Shown: positions 23,721 through 37,400 of the stretch, piece after piece
Numbering within the stretch: position 1 is the stretch's first letter
Layout: each line of letters begins with the position of its first letter
Origin: Spirogloea muscicola
Lineage: Eukaryota
Direction of reading: 5' to 3'
Assembly: GCA_009602725.1 (NCBI GenBank)
Contig: WELB01000010.1
Location: forward strand, 1,073,494 to 1,137,493
Length of the DNA: 64,000 bases
Position numbers and translations under genes: made by a program
The notes under the pieces: generated by a model
Told to the model about the DNA's origin: nothing
Database searches by the model: none
Seen by the model: only the letters and a program-made list of their open reading frames with translations

Positions 23721-24394
23721 TACGCATACATATAAGCCCACGGTAGAAGAAGACCCTTCCAGGCAAAATCGAGCCTTGGAGGTGTGGCTCCGGATCCGAC
23801 GGCCCGTGACGTCGCCCGGCGGCCCCGCATCGGACGGCCCTGGCGCAGGGATAGGCTCCGAGAACACGCGCGCGGGGGGTTTCAAAATAGCGCGCCCCCT
23901 CCGAGGCCGCCGGATCCGGGCTCGCCCATCGTACGGCTCAGAGCGGCGCAGTCGGGATCGCAGTTCCGCTCCGCCCAGCTCGCGGTCAGACTGACGGCGG
24001 TCGCCGCCGTCGCCGCCGGCGCGGCGGCGGCGCCGCCANTTCCGATCTCCCCGGCCGGCTTGCCGCGGCAGTGCCGCCAAAGCCGCCGCCGCCCTGCCGC
24101 GGCGCTGGCGGCCGCCGGGCTCCTCCTGGCCCTCGGGATCCTCGCCCACCCGCCTGCCGTCGCCGGGAAGCGCGGCGCGCGCCGATCCGCCCCGGTGCAG
24201 TGCCGCCGCTGCTCGCGAGAGCCTCAAGCGGCACCTGCACTGCGAGCTCTGCTGGCGCAAGCTCTGCCAGCTCCGCCAGCTTCGATCTGCGGCAGCGCTG
24301 ACTGCGCTCTGCCGCTGGCGTGTGGCGTGTGGAAGCGCCGCCGAAATTGCCGCTGCATTGCCGCCGCTAGAGACTTGTTGATTTTGCAGCGGCT

Positions 24395-27045
24395 GATGGA
24401 CCCTCTCGCTGCGCCGCCGCTGCGGTGGCAGGCCGCCGAGCTGGTGGAGGAGCCTGGCGGCGGCGAGCGCTTCATACTGCCGGGCCTGACGTCGTTTGTG
24501 GGGTCGGGCAACCAGGCGGTGGAGTTCGTGACAGCCGCCACCATCGCGCGCATCCTCAACCGCACCCTCTGCCTCCTGCCCTTCTTCGCTGGCCCGCTGA
24601 AGCACCACGGTGGCCTCCCCTCCTCCCTCCTCTCAGCGCCCTCTCCACAAGAAAGCCAGCAGACTCGTAATCTATAATCATAAATCCTCGGTTGTAATTG
24701 AAGTCAAGGAACGCTGGCATGGTCTTTGGGGCCGGCGCTTGGGCGCAGCTTGCGGCAGCAGCGCAGCTGATGAACCGCCAGTCGTGCATTTGTGTCATGG
24801 CGGCACACAGCCACCGGCTTTTGGGATGTGCACTATGGTTTCCACTTCGAGGAGCGCTACGACGCCGCCGCGCTGGCGCAGTTTGTGCGCGTTGCCACCG
24901 TGGAGGCCTGCGCCGCCGCCTGCGACAGCTCCGTGGACGCTCTGTGGCGATTCCGCATGACGAGCACGTTGCCACCCATCCCTGACTGGAACATCTCTGC
25001 CCCGGCGCACCTCAAGGTGCTCATTGCTGCCAGTGTGGCGGAGGCCGCCAGCCACCTGGGACTGAGCTCGCGTCCTCCGGCTCTGCTAGCTTCCGACTCA
25101 GCTCCCACCTCACTCGGAGGCCCTCGGCCACAATGCAGGAGCTTAAGTGGTCATTCCTCAACTGGGTGCGGCCGGCGGATGTGACGGCCGCACTGGGTGC
25201 CGCAAGGGGCCGCTGCACACTCCTCACCGGCACCTTCCCGGGCCTTCGCTGGCGCGGCCCGTACCTGGCGATAGCGCGGTACCTGCAGCCGTCCAGACCA
25301 GTCGCACGCGCCGCCGCCGCGCTGCAAGCCGCCGCCTTTGGCAGCCCCCATGCTGCATTTATGGCAGGTCGGTACCACTGGCGATCTGTCGGCCCTTGCC
25401 TGGTCAGACAACGTCGCCAGTCATCGCAGGTCATGACCAAGCCCCCCACAGGTCATGACCTGATTGCTATGTCCCCAGTCCCAATCTCCACCTCCGTCCC
25501 CCACCTCCCGCCTTCACCCTCCCTCCATTCCTTCGTTTCCTGTGGCCCAGCGCAGTGCACTGGCGTTTTGACGAGAGGCCGTGCGGCAATGTCTCAATCG
25601 GTCTCTGCTTCGCGCGCTGCGAGGACGGGGCCAACCCAAACGACCCGAACCTCGAGACTGGCGTGCACGAATGGACGGACCTCGTATCGCACGGCGGTTG
25701 CATCAAAGGTGCTCGCGACGCCACAGTGCAGGCCGTGCAGTGGCTTGTCAAGCCTCGGTCAAGGCCGAACTGCTGGAGCAGCGCCCTCAGCTTGGCGAGC
25801 GTGGGTCTCATTGCGCTCGCTCTCCAAACCGTTGCCTGCGGCAGGCTCGCACAGCAAGGGCGTCCATGTGGCTCTGGGCGACGTGACAGCTGCGCTTCTG
25901 GACGAGGCTGCAGCCAACAGCCTGCAGGCCATGTACATCGCCACCGACGGCTGGCTTCGTGGGCCAGACGGCTGCCGCATCTTGGGCCTCGTGAGCCCCT
26001 TCCCCCTCTTCGTTGTCATGAGCCTTGCAATGATCAAGTTGGACGCAGCTGTCGCTCCGTCAAAACACCACTTCGGGCCCTGACCGCAGCCGCCTGCCAC
26101 ATAGGTCAAATCTAATTTGGTGATTGAATATTTTTGGCTTTCAGGTCATCAACGAGCTGCGTCAGCGCGGCCTCAGAGTCGCAGGGCTCTGGCGGTGCCC
26201 CGACCTGCCGCCCATGCCCGACGGCAGCGGGTTTAACTCTACGGTGCTTGGCCTGCTCATGGGGCTTGACCGGCCAGGTTTCCAGGTCGGCCACAGCCTC
26301 TATTGCTGGCAACAAGCTGCAGACAAGCACGCCTTCAAATTTGACCATGTCACTGATTAAACTTGATATAGCATACAAGTTGCTTTTCAAGTATGGGTGT
26401 GTCTGACCTCTTCTCAGCTGGTGGATGCTTGATTCCTTTTCTTGTTGATCTCAGAACCCTCATGTAAGATCGCAAATCTCTGTCCTGTAGCAGCCAGGTA
26501 ATCACGTGGTATCGCAGATCGAGCAGGAGTTGTGCACGCGCGCGGACGTCTTCGTTGGGAGCGGGCAGTCGACGTGGAGCCTGGGCGTGTGGCGCCAGCG
26601 CATGGGCTTGCGCGAGATGTCTGCTCTGCGCCGCCGGCTCGCCACTTCGAACCTCTCTGGCCCCAACGGCCGGCAGCTCAATGACACCGAGATGGATGCG
26701 ATGGCAATTGCGCACCTCCTCGACGACGACCGCATGGCCGGCCTTGTCTGCAAGAACAGGTGAGCAAGTCTAAGAACCATCAAACTCTCTCGCACTTTTG
26801 CTGAGGATTGAACAGGTATGCATACACCGACAGACCGATCTTAGCCAGTAGTTGCACATTGATTTGGCTGCTGTGCTGCCGGCAGCCGTGTGGGGCGCAA
26901 GTGGGCGCGCGACCACCACTCTTCCACCTCGCTGAGCCAGCACAGCATTGCTGAGGAGCAGGGCCCCGACAAATGGCTCGACTTCCTGGCATGTGAGGCT
27001 CGCCTGAACAAGGGTGGAACCTGTAAGGTTGGGCTCTGCTGGTGA
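24395..27045 (+). CDS. O-fucosyltransferase-like glycosyltransferase, copy 2 (start uncertain, possibly further upstream)
   Basis: FVGSGNQAVEFVTAATIARILNRTLCLLPF; FPGLRWRGPYL; HWRFDE; MYIATDGWLRG; SQIEQELCTRADVFVGSGQSTWS; GPDKWLDFLACEARLNKGGTCKVGLCW*. Confidence 0.82.
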
Positions 27046-28049
27046 TAGCAAGCTTCAAGTACGCTTGACCTCTTACACGAGACTAAGATTCTGTAAGTGG
27101 TGAGTATATATATTTGTAAATGTCAAGTATGGTATAATGTGGTACCTCCCATTGGAAGAGCAAATAAGTGAGGGTCTTAGGAAATTCTTTTGTATTCTTT
27201 GGCACCTTGATCACAAGATCAAGTAGCAGCATGCATTAGCTTGCCCATTGCTCTGCCTGGGTTTCCATCACATTGCAAGTTGCAATGCCCTCAGGCCAAT
27301 CTACCTTCCTGTAGAGCAGATTCAGTGGTCCAGGCTGTGACAGCACAGGACCTATTTTGTCATAATTCTTGGGAGTTTTTTGGATCGCATTTTTACATAT
27401 TAAACACTTATGACTTACTGTCACTTGAGGTGGCTCGGTGGGTCAGGTGGCTGAGCATGTAATGTGTAGGCAGAAGCTTGGTTTGGCCTGTAATATGTGA
27501 TATATCTGGCAGGTGTACCTGTCTCAAAATAGGCAGCAGTCTTTTTCGGTCTTTACTAAAGCTCATGAAGTGTGTCTGTGCTGCATGGTTGAGAGCATCA
27601 CATGATGCTATATCCGCCCTCTCATTTTATGAGTATGAGCGAGTTATGAGGACCGAATTTTGTTAGGCGCTTCTACCTGCTATTGACTTCTAGCATTACT
27701 TTGAACTGCTGAGAGTAAGGCTGTAGGGCATCTGGTTCCTGACGCGCACGATCATTTTAACCACTTGTACTACTGATACTTATAACAAGGACTCATTCAG
27801 TGACTACCCTTCCGCCCTTTGACTTGAAAAACACAGATGAATTTACAGTGGAAGAATGAATCAAATTGGTCCCTATTGGTGTGACTGTCCTCTATCGTAT
27901 GCATTTCATTGTCGTACTCCACTACTGCTGGTTGACTTAAGTATATGAAGGATGGCACCTTCGGATGCTCATCTTAGGACGTGGTACGTGATTGGCAGAT
28001 ATGTGACTGTGCTTAAATGAAGTTGGTGTGGTTGCCAAAGCCAAGTACA

Positions 28050-28740
28050 GACATAAAGACTAGCAGCCGGAAAGCAGTCCCCCCAACGAAAGCCAGAGGC
28101 TGCTAGAGCACGGCCAGCACGTAAATGCAAGGCGTGGGCCATGGACTGCTGGAGTGATATGGACAGGCGCATGCGAAACACCTGCACTAATAGGCCAGCG
28201 GCCTTCAAGTTGGCCTGATCGCCCCGCCTGCGGGGCACAGCGCGGAGCGCAAGCCGGGCACAACAGGTCAAGCCACTGATACCCGAACACATCGGCTGCC
28301 GGTGGGACGGGCTCCCCTTCAAGCAAGCGCGGCCAGATTGACTGGTGGCTGGGAGAGGCCAGCCCAAAGGAATGGACAAGGTCTGAAGGAGCCGGAGTGC
28401 TAAGGATTGAGACAGCAGCAAGCGGACTCCCCTTCCGGGTGGTCCGCGTACTTGGCAGCTCTGCCACGAGCGGCGTCCGCAGCTACATGTCCAGCCTTCG
28501 AGGCAGAGAGAAGGCGCGCGGTGCGCATCAATTTGACAGGGAGGCCAATTCTAGCCTTACAAATGTCCTGATAACTGGGTAAAGAGCTGGCTAAGGGGGA
28601 CACTAAATGTCCACGAGTGAGCACATGCATATCTGACAAGCTATACTGAGACGCCAAACCACCACCACGCGGAAGCCATTAGCCTGGGCTAATGCACGAC
28701 CAGCACGCTGGTGTATCGCGAGTGCCTGGGATTGGAGCGC
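28050..28740 (-). mobile_element. Decayed nested RLE retroelement fragments
   Basis: FRMRLSISLQQSMAHALHLRAGRALA and AGHVAADAARGRAAKYADHP are separated by a 3'-end motif (~28320-28400); subfamily E end at ~28505-28735. Confidence 0.7.
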
Positions 28741-28958
28741 TCAACCACGCCTGTGGTGACCAAAGGGCCAATACACCATTCATGCAAATGTGCAAGCAAT
28801 AGCTAGAGCAGGAGATGGGGCTACGAGGACGACGACGTAGGGAGAAGCGGACAAATGCGGTTTGGAGCCTCAACCGCGCGGGCAGCCCGTTGGACTTATA
28901 CCAATTTCGACCGCGAAGGCGCCCAGGAGAGCTGGCCGGGCCTCGCCGCCCGCGGCCC

Positions 28959-28989
<31 letters not shown>

Positions 28990-29373
28990 GGAAGCCACGG
29001 TGGACTTCATGATAAAGCCGGCGGGGGTGACGCCGCCNGGCAGCTGCCAGGCGGCTGGCTGACTACGGCGGCGGCGGCGGCGGCGGCGGCGGCGACGGAG
29101 GCGACGGCGACGGGGGTGGCAGCGCCCGCGGCGGCGACGTGAGGCTCCATATGTCACCTCCACCTGGCGCTGCGCATATCTGTCTCGACGCCCGCTCGAA
29201 CCGCTGCCATGAGCGAGGCGGCTGTCAGCCTTACCACCTTCTGGCCAGCAGTCTAGTCGCTTCCTTGCTTCGCACCAAGCTGTTAGCCACTTGGCGCCCC
29301 CCATCACTGTCAGCAGGCCCTGGCGTGAAGACCGCCTTGACCGACTCAGAAAGCTGCAATCTGCGGGGATCAG

Positions 29374-32300
29374 GATTCGAAACCGCAACTCTCAGATTGT
29401 GAAGCGCACCGTTCGCAGGCCGCGGCCACAGACGGCGACGCTCGGGCTGGCGATGATGGTGTTACAGACGGCGTTGGCGGCGGCGGCACAGAGGACGTGG
29501 CCACAGCGGCGGCGGCGGCTGGCGGCCAGCAGTTCCTGGTGCCGATCCTGACGCCGCACGTGGGCTCGGGCAACCAGGAGGTGGAGTTCGTGTCGGCCGC
29601 TGTCATGGCCCGCGTCCTCAACCGCACGCTCTGCCTCTCGCCCTTCTTCTCCGGCCCCAACAAGCACTTTGGTGGGCGCCCAGCAGCCATCGCCTTCCTG
29701 CCATTGCTAAGCTTAGCCCGGTCAATGCCTGGCTTGTCGACGTTGGCTCAGCTTATTGTGTCTCCTCAAGCCTCTTGCTGTCTCAAAGCATGGGTTGCAC
29801 CAAGCTCGCAAGTTATCATAGGTACATCTCGCAGTAATCTGGTCTGCCGAGCAGGTCATATGTGCTCCCCCCTCCTCTGTGTATCATCGAGCTCCACCAG
29901 AGATGCTGGGGTCGAGGCCGTGCTAGTGTCTGCATCGGCGCAGCCTTACCCTTCTCGCGCCGGCATCAACCAACTTCTGTGTCGCAGGCCCCTCGCATGA
30001 CTGGAATGGACACTACGGGTTTGAGATCGGGGAGCGACACAACCTCCAAGACCTGCAGCGCTTTGTCCGCATCGCAAGCCACCACACATGCGCCGCCAAG
30101 TGCAACCGCCGCCTGGAAGCCTACTGGGCGCTGCGTGAGGAGAGCCACCTCATCTTCCGCGACTTTGAGGACCCCAGCGCCAGCCAAACACGCACCGCCA
30201 CGGTCGACTCGACAGCTGGACCTGGGAACCTCATGTGCACCGCTGGCAGGCTCTCTCCCAGGACGTTGCTTGTCACAGCAAGTTCCTGAGTGTTCTCCTA
30301 CTGCGGCATTGCAGGTCCAGATGGATTGGCAGTTCCTGGAATGGTCATCGCCAGCCGACATTGTTGCTGCACTTGGCGACCGCCAGGAGGGTTGTGCTGC
30401 CGTTGGGGGGCTCTTCCCGGGCCTGCGGTGGCGCGGGCCGTACCTCGCCATCTCACCCTTCCTGCAGGCCTCGCGGCCGATCTCGCGGGCCGCCTCGCAG
30501 CTGCAGGCCCGAGCGCTGGGCACAGAGACTGGGTTCATGGCTGGTACACCGCATGCGTCTCCCTGACAGCATAATTCATGCTGGGATACATCTCCATTCC
30601 AAATTGGATAGATGATTGAGATCTTCAGGGATTGTCATTCTTCTCCTCTCAACTGCTGTGAGGGTGTGGACGCTAGTATGTGTCTTTCTGTAGTCCCAAG
30701 ATTTCGTCAGATGTCACTACTGGGCCGTGTAAGGGTACTGGTTGCAGCTCCGCCCTTGCCCCAGAATTTGGAGTAGGCTGTTGCAGGCTGGCAGACAATC
30801 AGAATGTAGGTAATCTGAGACTGGCGGTCATTTTTTGGTGCTTATATGTCGCAGTGCACTGGCGGTTCGAGGAGACAATGTGCATTGGGCTGACACTGGG
30901 CCTCTGCTTCATCCGATGTGACAATGGTGCCAATGTGGATGACCCTGCGTTCCTGCCCAAGGCCCATGAGTGGACAGATCTGCACTCACATGGCGGCTGC
31001 CCAAGAGGTGCCGCCGCTTCACGGCCATCGGCTGCTGCCTTTGGTCTGATCCTAGATTTGAATTCAGGGTGGAGATGCTTTCTTGATGCTTCAGGGACGC
31101 CACTTTCAGCTAACTGACCCTGAGTGGACTATCAATCAGTGCGTGGCCATGTGCCGCCACCTCTTGCAGGCTCCCATCACACAGGCGTGCAAGTGGCAAG
31201 GGATGACCTTACAAACGCTATCATCGACGAGGCTGCCAAGCACGGCTTAAGCAGCATCTACATTGCCACCGATGGCTGGCTCCGTGGCGACGAGGGCTGC
31301 CGCCTCCTCGCCACAGTCAGTTTCGCGGCCCGCCTTGCCTCGCCCCGTTTCATGTGTGGAGCGTGCACAGGGCCAGGCAGAGCAGTAATAGAGATAATTG
31401 CAGCAGGTGCGACTGTACACATGCATGATGGATTGTGATAGTAATGTGTGTTCTGATGCTCGCATGAATGTTGGTTTGAGAGCAGCGGGGTAGTTGAAGA
31501 TCGTGAAGGTTTGCAGAGGATCAATCAGCCAAGTGAAAACAGCTGCTTTGTCTATGTTGTCAGGTGGTCCTCGACCTGCGCGCTACAGGCCTTAAGGTGG
31601 CGGGCTTATGGAACTGCGACATGCTTGCATCATTCCCGGATGGCACCACTCCCGACCTTTCCACTGTTGGGGCGATGCTCGGACTGGACAAGAAGGACTA
31701 TAAGGTCGACAATTTCACCTCTGCATCCTGCTCTGCTTGCGCTTTGACTCCGTGGCACGTGTCAACTTGCTTGTTACACTGCCGTCTCTGTGGCCCTGAG
31801 GTGCAATAGCAGATTTCAGGACATTGAGGGACGTTTGCCCAGTTGTCAGTGAAGTTCGGTAGTTTGACACAAGGTCACTAGCCTGCAAGCATTGCGCGTC
31901 CTGAGCACGTGGTGGTACTTCCGCCGTGGCAGCCAGGGAACCATGTGACCTCGCTGATTGAGCAGGAGCTTGCGGCGAGGGCGGACGTGTTCCTGGGCAG
32001 CGGCCAGTCAACATGGAGTCTGGCGGTGTGGCGAGCAAGGGCCGGGAAGAGGGCAGCTCATGCCGTTCGGGCGGAAGTGGTGGAGGCGGCGGCTGCAGAG
32101 GGGCGGGAGCTCACACAGAAGGAGGCCGACGATGCCGTCGTGACAGAACTCTTGCAGGATGACCGCATGGCTGGGCTCGCGTGCGGGAACAGGTGCACAC
32201 GCCCTCTGTCATGCAACTCATGCCACTCTTCATGTCTTCCCCAAGACCTGAAATTCCAAAAAGCCAATATTGCCAACATAAATTCCCCCAAAAAGCGAGT

Positions 32301-32710
32301 CTCTGAATTTGATCAGTCCTCTATCTATCCCGCAAGTGTTCAAAGTCTGCAGCACAGGAGGTGGCCCATGGCGTGTCCTGGCAATGCAGCATTACAGTGG
32401 GCTGCTGTGCTGCAGCCCATGCTCATGCTGCTCGCCCATTACCGCAGTTCTGCAAATAGGGGTGCTGTGGATCGGCTTGGTTCATATACTTGCTTGTGAT
32501 CTCGTTTAAGCAGTGAACTAAAACCCTCGAGCTCGGACCTGGTTGTGTTTCAGCTTCATCAGCAGGAGGTTTCGACAGCACGCACATGAGGGCGTGGCAG
32601 GCCAGCACCCGCTCGTTGCCGAGGGGGGGCCCGATAACTGGCTGGACTTCCTAGCCTGTGAGGCTCGCTTGGAGCATGGCGGCAAGTGCAAAGTGGCCCT
32701 CTGCTGGTGA
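29374..32710 (+). CDS. O-fucosyltransferase-like glycosyltransferase, copy 3 (start uncertain)
   Basis: PHVGSGNQEVEFVSAAVMARVLNRTLCLSPF; FPGLRWRGPYL; VAVHWRFEE; IYIATDGWLRG; SLIEQELAARADVFLGSGQSTWS; GPDNWLDFLACEARLEHGGKCKVALCW*. Confidence 0.82.
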
Positions 32711-34407
32711 TGGAGCGAGGCTGTGTAAACTCGATGTGATCCGTCGTGCGGGACGTGTGCTCAGTCGCTTGATGAAGGCAGTGCATTCGCCCACGCACAG
32801 CTGCCTGACAAGGCGACCCAATATTGGCCAGGCAGCTGCTTTTACATTCATTGTTAGGCGGGCATGCAACCTGGGAGCACAATGTGCCACCCTGACTTGG
32901 TTGCACAGTAGGCCCCCCAAGGTGTTGAGCACAATACGCTCCTCCCAAAATGTCTCATTTGTCCATCAATTCTTTCATCTATGCTCTTTACCACAAATCC
33001 ATCTGGCATGGTAGCTGCTGCTGGTATACGAGGTGGCACATCCCTGGCATGAGAATGGCAATCGCCTGCAAGTGCTTGTCAAGGCTGAGCGCGTCACTGT
33101 TAACCAGGACCTGAGTTGTGACTATGTCGAGGGGTGAACTTGCGCTGCAGGGGCGATGGCGCAGAGGAGTGGCGAAGGCAATGCAGGGCCAGCAGCTGCA
33201 CGTTTGCATTGTGGGTCCGAGAACCTGGGAGTACTTTAACAGACTTTGCTGTCGTGAGGGCAGCAGTTGGCTCCTGTCTGCGCTTGGTACCAGAGAAGCG
33301 GCTGATGACTTTGAGGTGCGGCTGTGGAAGTCAGCAGAACCATTAGTAAGTACAGCGACAGTGGAGCAGAGGAGGCTGCTCCTGGGGGCAGTACGTGTGA
33401 CTGGCGAGCCCAGGCGAATGCAGAGGTTGAGGTCTGGTGACCAGGTTTGCGACCAGTGGGTCGCATCTGCTGAGCCACTCCAAGACTAGCACGCTTCGAG
33501 GACTGACCTTGTGGGCTGACCTTGTGGGCTGACCGCCTGCTTTTGTCCAAGCGTCTTCTCTCAACGCGTCAAGTTGGCGGCGTGTACGTGAGGCGGCAAT
33601 GCGCCGTCAACGACCGCAGCCCGAGTGAGGCGAGGTCGGGCCGCAGTTGTGCAAGAGGCGAAGTTTGGACGTTGCCAAATGGGCCCATTGTGACGGCCAG
33701 CAGACGTCTGGAGGTATCTAGCCTAACCGCTTCTGGGCCGGAAGACGGTGCCGCAATCTCGACGACGCTTGCCGGTGCCGCGTTCAGGGCCCAGTTGGGC
33801 TCGCCACCTCCTCATGGGACGACTTCTGCGGCGCCTACCATGAGTGACTCCGCCCGTGCGGCAGACACTTTTCCGGACGAATTAGCAGCAAGTGCTTTAC
33901 TACCAGGTCCATGACCGCCAAATCCTGTTTCCGAGTCACCATCCCTCCACAGAGAGAGTCGCATAGTAACGGGACAATGTGGAAGAGGGGAGAGGGGGAA
34001 GAACGGATCTCAGCCGGGGGCGGCGCTGGCCGGGGGCGGGGGCCGAGCGGTGCCCCGTGCGGGCGGCAGCGGGGGCGGGTCGCGGGGGAAAGCGGCGGCC
34101 CCGCCCTGCGGCCCATGTTCAACGTACGGCCGCGACCCATCGACACGGGCCGCGGCGCTCCGGCCGGAGCTTCCTCCCGCGGCCCCAGGCCGGGGAGGGC
34201 GCACGTGGGGCCGGTGGGGGGGCCGGCACCCCGCCGCCCCGGTGACGCCCGCACGTGCTTCACCCGCTCCGGGTGGCACCGCCCCCGGGAGCGGCCCGGG
34301 GCTCCAAAAAACTCCCCCGGTCCCGCCCTGGGTTTAGGGACCTCCGGCACCCCTTTCCATGGCAGAGCTCCGCCGCCGCCGCGCAGCCGACGCCGCCGCC
34401 GGCGCTC

Positions 34408-37400
34408 ATGGCGGCGCGCGCGGCGNNNNNNNNNNNNNNNNNNNNNNNNNNNNNNNNNNNNNNNNNNNNNNNNNNNNNNNNNNNNNNNNNNNNNNNNNNN
34501 NNNNNNNNNNNNNNNNNNNNNNNNNNNNNNNNNNNNNNNNNNNNNNNNNNNNNNNNNNNNNNNNNNNNNNNNNNNNNNNNNNNNNNNNNNNNNNNNNNNN
34601 NNNNNNNNNNNNNNNNNNNNNNNNNNNNNNNNNNNNNNNNNNNNNNNNNNNNNNNNNNNNNNNNNNNNNNNNNNNNNNNNNNNNNNNNNNNNNNNNNNNN
34701 NNNNNNNNNNNNNNNNNNNNNNNNNNNNNNNNNNNNNNNNNNNNNNNNNNNNNNNNNNNNNNNNNNNNNNNNNNNNNNNNNNNNNNNNNNNNNNNNNNNN
34801 NNNNNNNNNNNNNNNNNNNNNNNNNNNNNNNNNNNNNNNNNNNNNNNNNNNNNNNNNNNNNNNNNNNNNNNNNNNNNNNNNNNNNNNNNNNNNNNNNNNN
34901 NNNNNNNNNNNNNNNNNNNNNNNNNNNNNNNNNNNNNNNNNNNNNNNNNNNNNNNNNNNNNNNNNNNNNNNNNNNNNNNNNNNNNNNNNNNNNNNNNNNN
35001 NNNNNNNNNNNNNNNNNNNNNNNNNNNNNNNNNNNNNNNNNNNNNNNNNCGGCGCTGGCCGCCGCGGAGCGCGGCGGCGCGGAGCGCGATGCTGTGCTCG
35101 CCCAGATGGCCGTGTACGCCCGGCACGTCGCCGCGGGCCAGGACGCCGCCCAGCAGCGGCTCGGTCTGTGCTCCGCCCTGAGCGAGGCCCTCCATTGTCT
35201 GCCTAGCCTGTGGCTCCGCTAATGGAGCCACTAACATAGTCATAAACACCCTCTGTATGCACCTAACTGGCTGTTACAGCCGCTCTTGTAATATCAGCAG
35301 CCGCATTTTTCCATTGTCAGTCATCTGCAATTGTGGGTTAGCTGCAACGTGGGCGGCAGCTGATGCCCACGTGAAGGCGGTGGTGCTGGTGCCTGCAGTG
35401 GACCTTGAGCGACGGGACGCCGTGATGCAGGACGCCATCCTGGCCATGTTCACTGCCATCGAGGAGGTCGGCGCTGAGTACCCTCGAATGCAGCTAGTAA
35501 GATGACAATTCCCCATTATGTCCGGCCTTGGAGCTGACAATCCGGGGAGGGTCTTGTGAGGGCGCAGTGCAAGTTGGCGGAGCAGGGGCTGCCAGCTAGG
35601 GGCGACGCCGCCGCTGCCTCCACCGGCGGTCTCTGGCGCACGCGCATGCTGGACCTCCATCACAGCAGCCTGGCCTTCCTCCAGAAGCAGGTCCTTATCT
35701 GGAAAAAGCAATTGTGTCCAAGACGTGTCTAATTGCAAATTAACATTCTTGGTGTATTCAGTTGCGTGTATGGATGGTCGGTCTCCTTGGTGCCGGAGCT
35801 GTGCCGGCAACTCTGACCCACCGGGGGCATGGGTCAAATTTGTGAGCAGCTTGGAGCGCCTCAGACGGCGTCGGCGGCGGCGGCGGCGGCGACGGAGGCG
35901 GCAACACCACAGCCGGCAACAGCATCACTGCACTCGGCGGTCACTGAGGCCCCCAGCTTGGGGCACAGAGCCTCACTGAAGGCAGCGGTGCTGGGCGATG
36001 TGGACTCTCTGGGCCTGTACCTGGCTCGGCGGGAGCCGGCCGCCGCAGGCGGCGACGAGGCCGGCGACCCCTGCGTCAAGACAGAGGTCAAGGACGAGGC
36101 CATCTCTTGCGCCACTGCCGCCGCGGCCTCCAATGCTGCTGCCTCCGTGTGGCTGCACCAAGGTGGCGCTGGCGACAGCGCCGCCGCTCCAGGCTGGGGC
36201 GCGCTGCTTGATGCCTCTGCCCATCAGCAGCGGCCGCTGGCGCTGCGGCTGGCAGCAGTCGTGGACAACAAAGGGCGTGGCGTTTGCCGACCTGCCAGCG
36301 GCAGCGGTGGCGGAGGCGGTGGCGATGGGGGCTCCAGCAGGGGCCTGCATTTTCTGCGGGAGGACCTCCAGGTCCAGGCATGGGATGCGAGCCTCCAGCT
36401 GCAACTCGGCATGCCCACGGGTGCCGCAGAGGTGGCCAGCAGCTGTGGATACGACGTGGACACCGCTAGGCCGGTGGGGCGCTTGTCCGATGGCTTGGTG
36501 CAGCGTGAGCCCAGCAGCACTGCGGGGGAGCCATTGCCGCTTCTGCAGCCGCTTGCTAGAGATGGCGGTCACACGAGAGTGATGGTGAGAGAGTCTTTGA
36601 CCAGGTGGCAAATTGGCAGGAACCGTTGTCTCGAGTCAAGCAGTCTTGCTGATGAAGGATACTGACACAATCTGGTCAGCTCTGCCTGGATCACATATTA
36701 ACTTCTATTGGCAAAGCAAGAGCGCCAGAAAGTAGACGAGGCAGTGCCGCATGTATTAAGCTGTGCAGGTCTGGCAGCAGCAATTAAGCACAGCTGTGGG
36801 CCAGCCATGGTTGCTGAACGACCTTCATCGAGCTCCTCTTTGTTGCTGCAGGCGTTACCTGGAGAAGACCGGCTGCAGCAGCAGCAGCAACGCGGCGGGG
36901 CGGCAGGCCTTGAGGCAGCCGAGACTCCCACTATCAGGGAGCCCCCAGCGGTGGCGTCAGCAGCAGCAGCAGCAGTTGGGGGGGGCGCGGCAGCTGAGCG
37001 GGCAGTGGGCAAGTCGCCCAGCCAGCGTGGGAAGCGGCGATGCCCTATCTGCCAGGCCATGATTGCAGGTATCCATCATCGTACTGAAATCAGTTTGCAA
37101 TGCTCAGCGGAACTGAGATGTGCCTGCACCAGTTCTTGATGAGCCACAGGTTGGCACCATTGTGCGCGCGGCCCCTATCTCACCATGTTATAACCCTCAT
37201 GCTCAATCGTTTCTTTGGCTTTCTGCAGCTGCTGCCGCAGATTGCTCTCACTGCGGCCACATGTTTAGGTAAGCAGCGCTGCCTGAGAAGTACCATGGTC
37301 GCCTGACTTGAGCGTGTACTCATCAATGTGGTGTTGTGAAGCTGCTCAATGACATTACATTTTCTGGCCTGGCGCAGGCCGTCGAAATGGAACCGGCAGC

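Noticed and set aside
33118..33489. 123-aa ORF downstream of O-FucT copy 3
   Set aside because: No recognisable motif or splice context.
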